DNA from: Lytechinus pictus
Taxonomy: Eukaryota
NCBI RefSeq assembly: GCF_037042905.1
Contig: NC_087251.1
Location: 34,412,001 to 34,476,000, forward strand
Length of the DNA stretch: 64,000 bases
Direction: 5' to 3'
The notes beneath the pieces are model-generated. The model was not told the DNA's origin. It did not search any database and saw only the letters and a list, made by a program, of their open reading frames with translations. The translations under genes and the position numbers were made by a program. Within the stretch, counting starts at the first letter, position 1, and each line of letters begins with the position of its first letter. Below, one piece after another: positions 1 to 11,727 of this stretch.

Positions 1-344
1 TATGATGAGCGCTTCCCCTCAGACCCGCGTTGATTATTATTAATTAGTTTAATTATTTTTTTTAAGTATTAGGCGTATCGATTAAAAAACAAACATTTGG
101 CAGTCCCATCAAACTCATCTCTGACGAGACAAAGAGCGGCATCCGATTGCATTGATGGGCGACTTCTCCTGAAAAGATAGTCTGCCCCCTCTCGGTAGCA
201 GACAACACAACTGTTCTGTTCTTTATTCACTTTTATAATTGACCAACGGTACGCGACAATGTCCCCCGCGATCTTCTTATAAATTGCAAGTTTGCAATGC
301 AGATTAGATAACTGATGGAAATACGTGATTTACTGAATTGGGTT

Positions 345-550
345 CACTTGAAATTGCATGGATTTGAAGTAAATCCAGCTGGACTGTAAATAGGGACTAA
401 TCAAATTCTGAATTTAGTTATATAATCTTACACAAAATATTTTCAAACCTCGAGGGATTTGAATTAAAATCATTTGATATTTAAAAACCAAGCCTTATGA
501 TAAAAACTAAATTCAAAATTCGATTGGTCCCTAACTATAGTCCATCTGGG
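345..550. mobile_element. Palindromic MITE-like repeat (related copies near 19912-20135 and 61760-61945)
   Basis: Inverted arms CCAGCTGGACTGTAAATAGGGACTAATCAAATTCTGAATTTAGTT and AACTAAATTCAAAATTCGATTGGTCCCTAACTATAGTCCATCTGG. Similar AAATTTCAAGGATT..AATCCAG motifs recur elsewhere in the window. Confidence 0.5.
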
Positions 551-1411
551 GGCGGAAATATTATGTCCACTTTACCCGAGTCGCCGCTCAGAGCTAAAAA
601 CCAGAGGAGGGGGGGGGGGGGGTAAGGGGGTAACCATAAGTCATTGAGACTGGGATCTAATTAGCTTTATTCTTACAAACAAAAGTTACTGTGTCTCATG
701 TTGCATAAAGAAACATTGTGAGCGCTTGGTAAACATTTGTTTGAGCTATTTCATTTATGTAGACTTGAAATCGACGATTTTAAGCACTTTTTGTAACCAT
801 GAGTAAACTTTCTAACGAGAGCGCGAGTGAGAGCTGACTAAAACTGTTAATACACTAACATTAAGAGGGACAGTGTAAGGATTGTTTCAGTGACTTCTGA
901 ATAGGATGCATACCTCACCAATAAAAATTCGACCCCGTAAACCAACAGAAGGGAACATAGGCCTATGCCTATTATGATCCCTGAAATAAAGTCTTGAAAA
1001 TGGTGATTGAAATTGTAAGTCTTTGGGGGGTATACCATGGCTTTTAAATTTCAGTCTTGAAAATGTGCTTATATCAGCAGCAACATCTCATTGTATGTTG
1101 TGATGGGCAGGTATGAACTTCAGTGGGGGTAGGGGCGATCGTCCCCTATATGCTGTTGGACAAAATAATAAAGAAGAAAAGATAAAAGGAAACGGAAGAA
1201 AGGAACTCTATGATAAAGAAAACAAATGTCTTGCTTTGGTGAATTTTATAATTCAGCTGTATAGAAAACAAAGTCACCTGTAGGCGCTATAGCTCTGTGG
1301 GGGGGGGGGGGTTCAGATTCAGGTGACCCAGGCTCGATTTCCACTTGGTGCGCTAGTGCCCTTTGGTAAGGCATTAATCCTCGGTCCCTTGGAGAGGACT
1401 TTAAACCGTCG

Positions 1412-2043
1412 CACAGTGGGCCAGGAGAGGGCAAAAGTGCGCCAAAACTGGTTTTTGGTCATGAAACAAATTTTGTTTTTTTCATGTTCTAAGCGAAGAT
1501 GAGAACCTGTAGAATGTCTCCATACAATATTGCTCCATTAAATTGATTATTAGTTGCCCATTTTTATTCAATATTACCGGAAAATGACTCTTTACGGCTA
1601 CCGCATATGTAAATGACACGTTTTAGATATTTCACTGTATTGACCAAACGGATTGCTCAATTTATTTCTAATTCACGGTGCTTTTTGATGAATAATTTTT
1701 CTAAGTGATCAAAGATTTTCAAGATAAAATTACAATTCCTTCAGAGGAAATTTAGGACGAAACCATTTGACATTGGGGGTTTTAGCAATTTTTTTTTTCA
1801 CGAGCATTTCTTTTACAAATTGCTGCCGATTGCTGCGCTGTAGATACCATGACGGTCTTTGTTATAGTTCATGCTTTACATTGATACTAAATTTAGCTGC
1901 ATATACGTGCATTTTCTGGAGATATAACCAATTTTCCAACCACATGTTCGCCGTATTTATCACAAAAATCGTTCCAAGTTAGTGTCCCATTATGCGCGTG
2001 CCGAACGTTGCGGTGACATTAAACAAACTCCTCGTCGCGTGCT

Positions 2044-2085
<42 letters not shown>

Positions 2086-3411
2086 TCTGGATCAAGTGTC
2101 TGGCTCTTGTGACTGGTGTCTGTCTAAAATATTTTCATTAAACATACGTAAAGGCAAGCTTTCATTTCCAATTCCACTAACTATAATAATACATGTAACA
2201 CAACTTCATATTGATGCCAAACTGTTCCATCCCGTGTTCCATATCTGATATGCTGTCATCATGAGAAGATTATTTATTAAGGTAAGATTCCCGGGTAAGA
2301 TTATATTTGTTTTGTTGTTCATAAACCAAGTAGGGGCTACTGTATATCTTTATAACACACATGACTACGGATGTGATAGGTCTCACGCAGTTTTCTGACA
2401 AAATATGAAAATGTGTATAGGACAGAGATGGGATATACGTGGGCTCTACATGTATAAGTTGCATTATCATTATTAGTATTTATCCCCACAAAAGGGTTTG
2501 TAACTTCACATACACGTATGAATTCGTTTATCTTTTGGCTTATTCTAAATTTGCTATAATTGTTAGTATCGATCAAGAAGGAAGTGTATATTATAATTTC
2601 AAGGATTGTTTGGTTTATGACTCTCACTGACTTTATATGTATTCCACAGACTAATGGTAACAGGTGACATTGTGATTAGTAGCAAGTTTTTAAGTGTGCA
2701 ACAATCACAGCCTCTTCCCCCTGATGTTCCAAAGTATGCTAAAAGATCCTCTCACCAAAGACATAATAGTTGGTGAGATAGCAGAGAGAGACTCTGATTT
2801 GGAATAACTTTGTATACGTCGTTCCTGGTGAAATAGGTAGGCCTTGTAGGGCCTTGTACTGATTAACCTGCAGAGGACCCGGCCTCTATTATTTATCACT
2901 GGAATCATTATTTTAAAGATTTCACTGTCCACGTCTGGTATCAATCCATTTTAATTCATGTAGGTGTGGTTAATTATTGTACCCAGGGAATGAAAATACT
3001 CCTTTGCATTTTTTTGGGTACAATTTCACTTTGAATTTTACAATTCCGGATTCATGGTAGGGCGCCCTCTTTAAGCGATACTCAAGTAACCAATTGAATT
3101 ATTTGTACCCCGAGCACAGACTTTTCATGTTTGTTTGCCTGTTTGCTGTTTGCTAATATGCTTAATTATTGCTCAAATTTCTCTAAAACCAGTTTCTGAA
3201 AATTTGAAACTTATTGTAGAATTAGAAACATGTAATTTCTTCTCAAATGTTAACAGCCAATCAGAAAACAGTATTTTAACGACGTCATCAATATTTGAAA
3301 AAACTTTTATTGAATTCTACGGGTGAAATTACCCCTATCTACCAAATTTAATCGTACAAATGTGTGAATAATGGGTTTTGGCGCACTTTGGGTTCATTCT
3401 GGCCCACTGTG
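1412..3411. mobile_element. Non-autonomous Transib-type (RAG-related) DNA transposon, 2,000 bp, with RSS-like TIRs
   Basis: Left end CACAGTGGGCCAG-GAGAGGGCA-AAAGTGCGCCAAAAC (1412-1448). Right end, reverse-complemented, CACAGTGGGCCAG-AATGAACCC-AAAGTGCGCCAAAAC (3375-3411). Perfect 5-bp TSD CGTCG at 1407-1411 and 3412-3416. CAC termini with a 5-bp GC-rich TSD are characteristic of Transib. No transposase ORF seen. Confidence 0.85.
2046..2075 (+). repeat. (GA)n microsatellite inside the Transib element
   Basis: Direct reading. Confidence 0.9.
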
Positions 3412-4554
3412 CGTCGGTCCTATGGTTGCTTGCTTACAAGCATTCATGCTTTCTTAGCAATCAGGTAAAAAAAATCACCGCCACCCATCTTTTTATTTTT
3501 ACCCCTATAATAAAAACCCTCTGGTGCTGCCTCTGTTCTGTTTATCATGATTATGAATTATGAACCATCCTCGGACAATTCTCACATCTTTGTCTAAAAA
3601 CAAAAAAGAAAAGAAACTGAAAAGGAAAATCGAAATGGATAAATCCGGGGGATAAATACAAAATTGAAACTTTGAAGTTATCGTCCATGTCAGTTTACAA
3701 CCTGTATTGTGTTTACTGATATTATATCAACAATCCCTTGTCATAAAAATATGTTGACATGTAATTTCTTTTGAGAATTTCATATTTGTGTCTGATATCC
3801 TGTCCCTAACTCAGAGGAGTGACTTATGAGTGACTTATAAGTGGCTACATGGAACAACCACAACCGGAACTACAGCAATTTCTGTAATTCAACTTCTCTA
3901 GAAGAAATCAAGAGAATGCTCGATCATGATGCTGTATTTGTGATTTTCATACCAGTTTCGGATGAAATATGACCCCATTCCGTGCCCTTTCCGTGGCGTC
4001 TCTCCTCCACGGCAACAGGTTGCTTCGTTGTTACTCTTCAAAAACACGCGTCTCTGAAAATTACTTTCAATCTTCTAGTGTAGCAAATATGCGCGATATT
4101 TTATGCCTTTATTGAAAATAAAAACATATGATTTTATTTAATTAATTATAAAAGATATAGTGTAGGGTTTTACTTGACAATGAATGGATATAATGCCCTA
4201 AAAGTGCATTTATAAAACCAATATTAGGGTGGTGCTCGCACAATGGAACAGCCCAAACGTTACACATAGGTCTGGTATGGAGTGCACGGCGGCGTCAGGT
4301 GGATGAAGAAAACCATCAATTTCAAAATCTTCCCTACCGTCAGGTACCGTACTCCATACAAACAGTCTGCGTATACGGTGCGGTAACTGGGGGTAATACT
4401 CGGAACTCTTGTTTAAGGTGGTGGTATCGACAACAGCCATATCCTTTTAAATTGAAATTATATTTAACAGCCAAAGGAAAAACATTCTTACAGTGAGCTG
4501 AAAATCTGCAACGTTTCGGATCATTACTGTTGATTGGTTGCTTTTAAACATAAC

Positions 4555-4668
4555 ATGAGTGAACGTTGTTTTCAAGCGATGACAGCTATTTGGGCACTTA
4601 TCGTGTTGGTGATGCTCCAGCGAGCCGAAGCTCTGGCGTCGGGTGGACAGTCGGGCGCCGCTGGTTCG
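4555..4668 (+). CDS. EYS: Exon 1 (signal peptide) of an EYS-like secreted/extracellular-matrix protein: MSERCFQAMTAIWALIVLVMLQRAEALASGGQSGAAGS
   Basis: ATG at 4555 (alternative in-frame ATG at 4579), hydrophobic core AIWALIVLVML followed by an A-x-A cleavage-like motif, then donor TCG|GTAAGT at 4669 (phase 0), in frame with exon 2. Confidence 0.8.
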
Positions 4669-5939
4669 GTAAGTAACACTACCTACATACATATATTTTG
4701 TAATTCATTACTGTTATCATTTTTAAGAGGCAATGCAAGCAATGCAAAATACAATTTTTTATTTACAACAAGTTTGAAAGATTATCATAGTTTTATTTCC
4801 ATTGTTTACATGGCTGTACAGTATGCGAAAATTATTTCTGGAGGGGAGGGGGAGGGGCAACTGGCAAGCCAATTTTGGAAGAAACTTGAAAGTGAGGGAT
4901 CGAAGCGACGGGGCTTGCCACGGGGACACTTTTGCATTTTGCATTTCCTATCATGAAATTAAGGATTTTGTGCACACTTGAATTTGTGAATTTTTTTTTT
5001 AGTAAAAAAAATGTACCTATGTTTTCAAAATTTGCCCCCTGTGCCCCCCCTTCATACAGTTATGCGTGTCTATTTAGACTTTAATTATTTCTATCGCAGG
5101 AACTGATTGTGATGTTCATGTATGATGCTGGTCTGAAAGTCTTCTAGTTCCTTATCAATTATCAAATCATGATGTCCTGTCCTTCACTAAAATATCCAGG
5201 TCAAATGATTAAAAGTAAAAACAGCATGAGTTGGAATATAGTAATGATTTACGTGTACGCCATTTATTTTTTGATGTGATGTTGCAAATTACGTTGTAAT
5301 TGGAGATGTGGAACACGAGGGCAAATTAAGCCTTAGGCCTATATTTTGTGGGTGGTGTCATTTGTTAATAATAGAATAGCACACACTTTTCTTGCACAAA
5401 AGAATGATCTATTTTCTTGCCCCTTTTCCTCTTCCTGAACTCTTCTTCTTTATTTTCATTTGAAAACATCAAAATGTGGGGGGGGGGGGGAATGGTCACC
5501 CCTAACATAATCAGATATGGTGCCTCACTGGTTAATCTGTAAGGTTGGCAGAAGGGCAGGAATGCTTTTATTATTCATACTTTGCACACACGATTCAAAC
5601 AAAGATAACAAACCGGGATGCCCTATTTCTTTTACTGAAAAATTACCCATGAGGAAAAATAAAATCAATGAATCTGTAAGTTGAATCTATTATATCATAG
5701 CCCAGGTCTGTGTTCAGGTACCGGGTACTTAATGTTTAAAAGATTTATTTTATTTTTTCCTGTAAAATTCAATGCGATTGTCCACGAACATGAGGTGTGT
5801 ATAGTTTAACAATTTGAGCGTTTCTGTCTCTAACGTAAAGTAGACTCGACCTGAATAAGAGGTTCACTTCTCAATGACAGAAAATTTCCGTCTAATCTCT
5901 GGTTCTGGCCCTGATTGGCAATGGAAAGATGGAAATGTT

Positions 5940-6360
5940 TTTGTTCATGTTTTTTGAAAAAGTACCCCTCCCCCTGGTCCTTAAAAGACGGGGAAAATGC
6001 TCTAAAAATGCTTGAAAGGCAGGGGGGGGGGGGCCCGTGATGCAAATCACAATCCGATGGCAATATTTATGTTTTCGTACACATTTATTGAAACCCCCCC
6101 CCCCTGGTAAAGGGGCCACAAAAAGGTGGGGGTACCTGGCCATGCAAAAATCACAATCAGATGGCAATATTTATGTTTTTGTACACATTTATTAAAAGAG
6201 AACCCCTCCCCATTCCATGGTCCTTAAAAGATGGGCGAAGTGCTCTAGAAATGCTTATAACCTTTAAAAAATCCCCTTTCCTAATTTTTTTTAATGTCAG
6301 TTCCAACTTGAGAAACATCATTCTTCATAAATTTTTTGTTAAAAAATCCTTCTAATGGTG
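5940..6360. repeat. G/C-tract interspersed repeat with internal duplication; shares CATGCAAAAAATCACAATC with copies at about 28588 and 52826
   Basis: ATGCAAA(AA)TCACAATC.GATGGCAATATTTATGTTTT.GTACACATTTATT occurs twice (about 6039 and 6142), and TGGTCCTTAAAAGA twice. Confidence 0.55.
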
Positions 6361-7712
6361 CTATCATACATGAATCTTGTCTCGACAAGCAAAACCTTCA
6401 CTTTTTATACAATTTGTTGACCAGTAATTTTCAACAATTTTATTTAGTTTGAGCAGCCCCTCCCCAACATATACAGTGTAGTTTGAATAAAAATAAAAAC
6501 CTTATCAACTAAACCTAAGTTAAAGGTCCCATCAAACCAAGCAACAAGCATTTGAATAGATAGAAAATTAGCAAGCACACCACTGAAAATTTAATCAAAA
6601 TCTGACGTACAAGAAAAATAAGAAATTGAACTCTTACTTCAGTCAAATATATAATGGTCTGATGGAAATTGTAGTATGAATGAATTTTATGACTTGATTT
6701 TTGGAGCAGAAAGTTGAAGAAGAGGTAAATTGAAAGGTAAATCCATCAAAATCATTATTATTTTTTTAGCCCAAATGAAAAAAAGTAGTCTGTCAATCTT
6801 TCCTGGGTTTTCATATCACATACCTATATCACAGACCACAGAATACATACGTTATCAGCATACATGTATATCCACTGTGTATTGCAGTGAGAATGTGTAC
6901 TTGCATTATATTGAAAATGTAAATTGTAAGATAATCACACATTGTAATTCTATTCACAAGCAATTTCCATTTGAAACGAACGCTATAAAGTCTGATTGTG
7001 AGTGAATTCCAAATAAATGTATATTTATCCATCCTGATCAAGAATTTAGGGTCATCTTCAATTTCTGTAAGTGGTGAGCTGATTTAATGTGAACTCAACA
7101 TACATGTATATCTTGGATAAATCATTCTTGTACGTGAGGTGTGGGCAGCATTTTGTCCAAAATATATTGTGCTAAATAGAAAATGAAACAAAATGCTGTG
7201 CTACTTTTTATTATCAACTTAAGGATGTGTCGAAGGTGTATGATGAGAATAAATACATGCACAGTACTTGAAACTGCATAGTTTATTGATTTGAATTAAA
7301 TCTTGAGTGGATGTGTATTATAATCAATTGACATTTATAAATCTTTTTATGGATCATGTAATTAGTAAGAAGACAAGATTTACAGATTCATCACAATTTA
7401 AAATGAAATATATGTACAAAAAAGTGTACAAGGGTAGAAATAGGTTTTGAAAGTATCAATTTTCTTTTTTCTAAAGATTCACTTTCTACATGTACATTTG
7501 TACAAGTATGTAATCACATCAATTTATCTGGAAATGACAGAATAAATATGTTAATGAATACATAATATAATTCAAATGGAAAATTGATCTTTATTTTAGG
7601 TTTGTAATGTGTAGTTGAACTAATCAATATTAAATTTCATGAGATTTCATTGAAATTATTGATCTTCTTTCTCATCCTCCATCCCATCATCAGCTCATCC
7701 CATCCTTGTTAA

Positions 7713-8335
7713 AGGGATAGTCAGGCCGGAGATATTTATATCTCAATAAAAAGAGTAAAAATCACAAAGCAAAATGCTGAAAATTTGATCAAAATCGGAT
7801 AACAAATAACAAAGTTATTGAATTTAAAAGATTTGCATTATTCTGGTGAAACAGTTCTAGGCATGTCTTCATGAATATTCATTAGGTGGGCTGATGATGT
7901 AATATACCCTCTTGTTCTTTTGTATTTTATTATATGAAATAAGTTTTATTCAAAAAAATTATACCAAGAACTAAAACAATTGGATTGACAACTGATTATT
8001 AAAGTGCATTTGTTATTCATTGCTGCAACTTATTTCATCATAATGGAGACACATCATTTACACATACATGTACAAAAAAATGAAACAATTATGATTTCAT
8101 ATAATAACATAAGAAAAAGGAAAGTGGGGATAAGACATCACCAGCCCAACTAATGAATATTCATGATGTGCATATACATGTAACTGTTTTCACAAAATAT
8201 TGATAAACTTTAAAATTCAATAACTTTGTTATTTGTTATCCGATTTTGATGAAATTTTCAGCATTTCAGCTTTATAAATGTTACTCTATTTGTTTACATA
8301 AAAAGATAAAAATATTATCAGCTTATCTCATCCCT
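7713..8335. mobile_element. TTAA-flanked palindromic MITE (Kolobok-like); decayed relatives near 6520-6610 and 55735-56220
   Basis: TTAA|AGGGAT...ATCCCT|TTAA. Long imperfect inverted arms (AATGCTGAAAATTTGATCAAAATCGGATAACAAATAACAAAGTTATTGAATTT and its reverse complement). Confidence 0.75.
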
Positions 8336-8739
8336 TTAAAGGGGTATGCCATGGGATAGGGATTTTTGTTCCATTTCACATAAAATTGTTTTTTTTTCTA
8401 CTTTACAATTGTATTTTCATTACTTTCTAATACTGAGTATCATTTTCTCTATAACTTTTGAGTATCAATGCACACCGTACATGTACATGGTATGAATAAA
8501 TACTCATAATGATATGTTAACTTCACCCATGCTTCGTAAAGTAATGTAATCAATGTCAAAAATTGAAGAAAAAAATCTTACCAGGTACATGTACATGTGT
8601 CCCACTTAGGCCAGCATTGCCCAATAATCACCTCTCTCTGCTCTTAAATGCCATGCTGATTTTGGACATTACTGAGCAACTAAGATCTTTCAGAGCCATT
8701 CTTTACAAGAATCCCTTGGCCAGCATATACATGTAGTTC

Positions 8740-8920
8740 CGATTTTAATACACTGATATGCCTTGGTGCCGTTGGTGGCCACCTGTATTGAAGGACCATC
8801 TGTCTATAAAGTTTGGTCTCACATGTCTTTGCCATTGAAACATGTATTACAGGAACCTGTCCATCAAGACCACTTTTCTTGCCTCTGTTTGGTGAGCAAG
8901 TCTATACAGGTTTCACTGTA
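8740..8920. mobile_element. Fragment of a Tc1/mariner (pogo/Tigger-like) MITE
   Basis: Ends in CAGGTTTCACTG|TA, with internal repeated ACCTGT/GACCA motifs. The left end is unresolved. Confidence 0.35.
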
Positions 8921-10311
8921 CAAGCGCTTTATATGCCTTGGTGGACAGTTTTGTTGGGATTGTCTTGTTAAAATTCATTTAGAGATGATAAACACATACC
9001 GGTACATAAATGTATACATGGAATTTATCTGTAATGAGGAAATTTCAGAAATTCATTAACTGTGCCACCACATACTGTACATGTATAGAGTTTATCTTAG
9101 TTTAATGAGGAACATATAATATTGATCGATAATTTTCTTGTGCACACAGACATGAATCATATTTTCGTTGCGAGTTGATTGAGTCATGGTGTTCAGTGAA
9201 CGATAAGATATAAATGAATCCTGGGAAAGAGCATCCAGTTCTAAGGAAGATTTCAAACCTTGAAGATGGACTGAAAGACATGGATGGCCTTGGCCTTTTC
9301 TAAATCTGTAGAAATTTCCAGCACATGAGCAAATGGCGGTCCTTTTAAGCGGTGGAGGCGCATGGAGAATACGGGCATCTTGTCTATTCACGGAGCCATG
9401 CAAATAAGGGGGGAATGTGGCTGGAGTATTTATTGATCCATGAGGGAGCTACAGAACCACGTTTAGGGAGGATTCATTTCATCTCTCCCTCTCCGTCCCT
9501 CTGTCTCTCGTAGTTTTTTGTTTAAAGGGTTACACTTGTAGTTGAACCTTGGTAGAAAGTACAAGGCATTGACAGTCATCGATGAGTGTAATCTTAAACT
9601 CGCATGAGGATGATTTGTACTACTGTATTTCATTCAAATATTGATATTCAAATCATTCAACAGCCCTTTTAATCATCCCTTTCCGTGGTCTTTTTTTAAG
9701 GTTGCACAAAGTTTGTAGTTGAGCCTAAGTTATAGAAAGTACTAAGTCATTAACATTTAAATATGAGTATGTTAAACCCTAATGAGAATGATTTGTTATA
9801 TTTCATTCAAATGTTGATGTTACTTAATAATGCTATCAATAATGCTATCTGACCTTCCATTTTCTGCCTGCTATTATATTAAGGTATTCTACATGTATGA
9901 TACATTTTGAATGTGAATGATAATTGTAAAGCAGTTTTTATTCAAATTCATTGAGAAATTAGTGCAGTAATTACCGGTAATGTATAAATCTATTAATGAA
10001 TTACATGTAGTATAGAACTAAGTAAATAAATAAAGAGAAGAGACAGTTGAATACATGCACAAATATTTTGAAGAAAATGATGGCAATAAAATAATGATGT
10101 TAATCAATTTATTGATTGAAATGTATGTTTATTTGTGTGTTCTACTTCCTGCATGTACACACCATGAATTAATGAATAAGAACAGCAAATAGAAATAATC
10201 ATTATTCATGAAGGCATCTAGATCTTGGCATCAATTTGTTTTCTGATTCATCCATTTTTACACGAAGGTTGTGTAGCATTAATTATATATATATATTTTT
10301 TTTTTTGACAG

Positions 10312-10407
10312 GGTGACTGTACTAATTCTCTGGAAAGTGGAGATATTCTGTGGCAGGACAACTTGACAGACTCCTATGTTGATGTTGTGTGGGGCTATGG
10401 GGCACAG
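10312..10407 (+). CDS. EYS: Exon 2 of EYS-like gene: GDCTNSLESGDILWQDNLTDSYVDVVWGYGAQ
   Basis: Poly-T tract plus GACAG acceptor, 96-nt open exon, donor CAG|GTGAGT, phase 0-0. The C..W..SYVxVxW pattern resembles the human EYS N-terminus as I recall it (C..W..SYVVNW). Confidence 0.85.
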
Positions 10408-10972
10408 GTGAGTGGAGTGTAGCAGAAGCTACATTTTACTGGTTACACTGGTCAGCAGTTGGTATTAAAGCCATTATGGAAGTGGATACTGGTAAATCTT
10501 TCTAAAAGGTCTTGTAATTTTGACTTGGTACTCTTTATTGCAAAAGAACTAATCTAGCACCTATCACAATCATGTGAATTATACCTCCTTATAGAGTGCA
10601 ATATAGCCTTTTCTGGGTGAACTGTGCATCTTTTTTAATAAACACTCTCACTCCTAAGAGAGGTAAAATCCACTCTCAAAAGGTGTAAATTACATGTACA
10701 CGCCAAAAGGATTTCATTGTAATACTGTAAGAACAATTATATGATTTATATCTACAATTGTATGTACATAAATTTGAAAAAGATGTTCCAATTCCATTCC
10801 ATTCTATATAGCTACATGTACATGTAGAGGGGGGGGGGGGGTCATGTCTTAGTATTTAGTGGAAATTGAGCTCGTAATTCTGACAGTATTCTGAAATGTT
10901 GCAATCTTGGATTTTGGTCTAGAGCAAAAAGAGGCGCCGACATCGAACTACCAAAGATATGATCGTGTTTAA

Positions 10973-11557
10973 AGGAGAATGAAACTCTTGGAGCAAGTTA
11001 GCTTTTGTGAAAGCAGTAAAATCAAAGAATAAGATCAACAAAAGTTTGAGTAAAATAGGACTAGCAATAGAAGAGTTATGAGCATTTGAGTGTCGAGATC
11101 ACTAATGCTATGGAGATCCTCCCATTGGCAATGCGACCAAGATCTATGATGTCACAGATGAACAACTCTCCCCTTTTGGACACTGAAAATATACCCCAAA
11201 ACATCTCTTTTTGCTCATTCTAATCATATGACAAACGATTCATCAATGATATAATGTTGTGAAACCTCTGTACTTGTCCTCTCATATAAAGAGAACACCT
11301 CACCTTGTGATAGACTCTATAAAAGTGAGAATATAAGTGAAATAAGTACTAAAGTAATGAGGGAGTTGTACGTGTGTGACATCACAGATCTTGGTCGCAT
11401 TGCCAATGGGAAGATCTACATGGCATTAGTGATCTCAATATTCAAATGCTCATAACTTTCTTATTATTCATTCAATCTTCCTCAAACTTTCAACAATATG
11501 TTTCTTTGATTTTTCTCTTTGATATGAATTCAGCTGGTTTCAAGGTTTCATTCTCCT
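10973..11557. mobile_element. TTAA-flanked palindromic MITE (Kolobok-like)
   Basis: TTAA|AGGAGAATGAAAC...GTTTCATTCTCCT|TTAA. Internal inverted arms CCCATTGGCAATGCGACCAAGATCT and AGATCTTGGTCGCATTGCCAATGGG. Confidence 0.8.
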
Positions 11558-11727
11558 TTAAAGAATGGAGACCTCTTTTCTTAGTTTTATTGTCAGCATC
11601 TGCTGCTGTGATACTCAATTTAATCAATTTGCTTCTCCCTCCTTATCTCAAGCTAACTGCTGGTAGTTGTTTAATGAGGGGATGTAATTTGAGTTTGATT
11701 GATGATTGAGCAATAGAGGTACAAGAG

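Larger units (their letters stand above)
1278..3490 (+). mobile_element. tRNA-type SINE split in two (about 1278-1411 and 3412-3490) by the Transib insertion
   Basis: A-box-like GCGCTATAGCTC and B-box-like GGCTCGATTTCC, then TGCCCTTTGGTAAGGCATTAATCC. Removing the transposon and one TSD restores continuous ...GGACTTTAAACCGTCGGTCCTATGGTTGC... ending in an A-rich tail. Confidence 0.65.

Noticed and set aside
1449..3374. Transib or RAG1 transposase coding sequence inside the element
   Set aside because: There is no long ORF and no recognisable Transib/RAG1 core motifs, so the element is non-autonomous.
4669..4956. C-terminal part of the 140-aa ORF 4534-4956
   Set aside because: It is read-through past the GTAAGT donor into intron 1 and a G-rich repeat. 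Only 4555-4668 is exonic.
9272..9293. TGAAAGACATGG matching the 5' half of miR-71
   Set aside because: The 3' half does not match the mature miRNA as I recall it, and no hairpin partner is evident.
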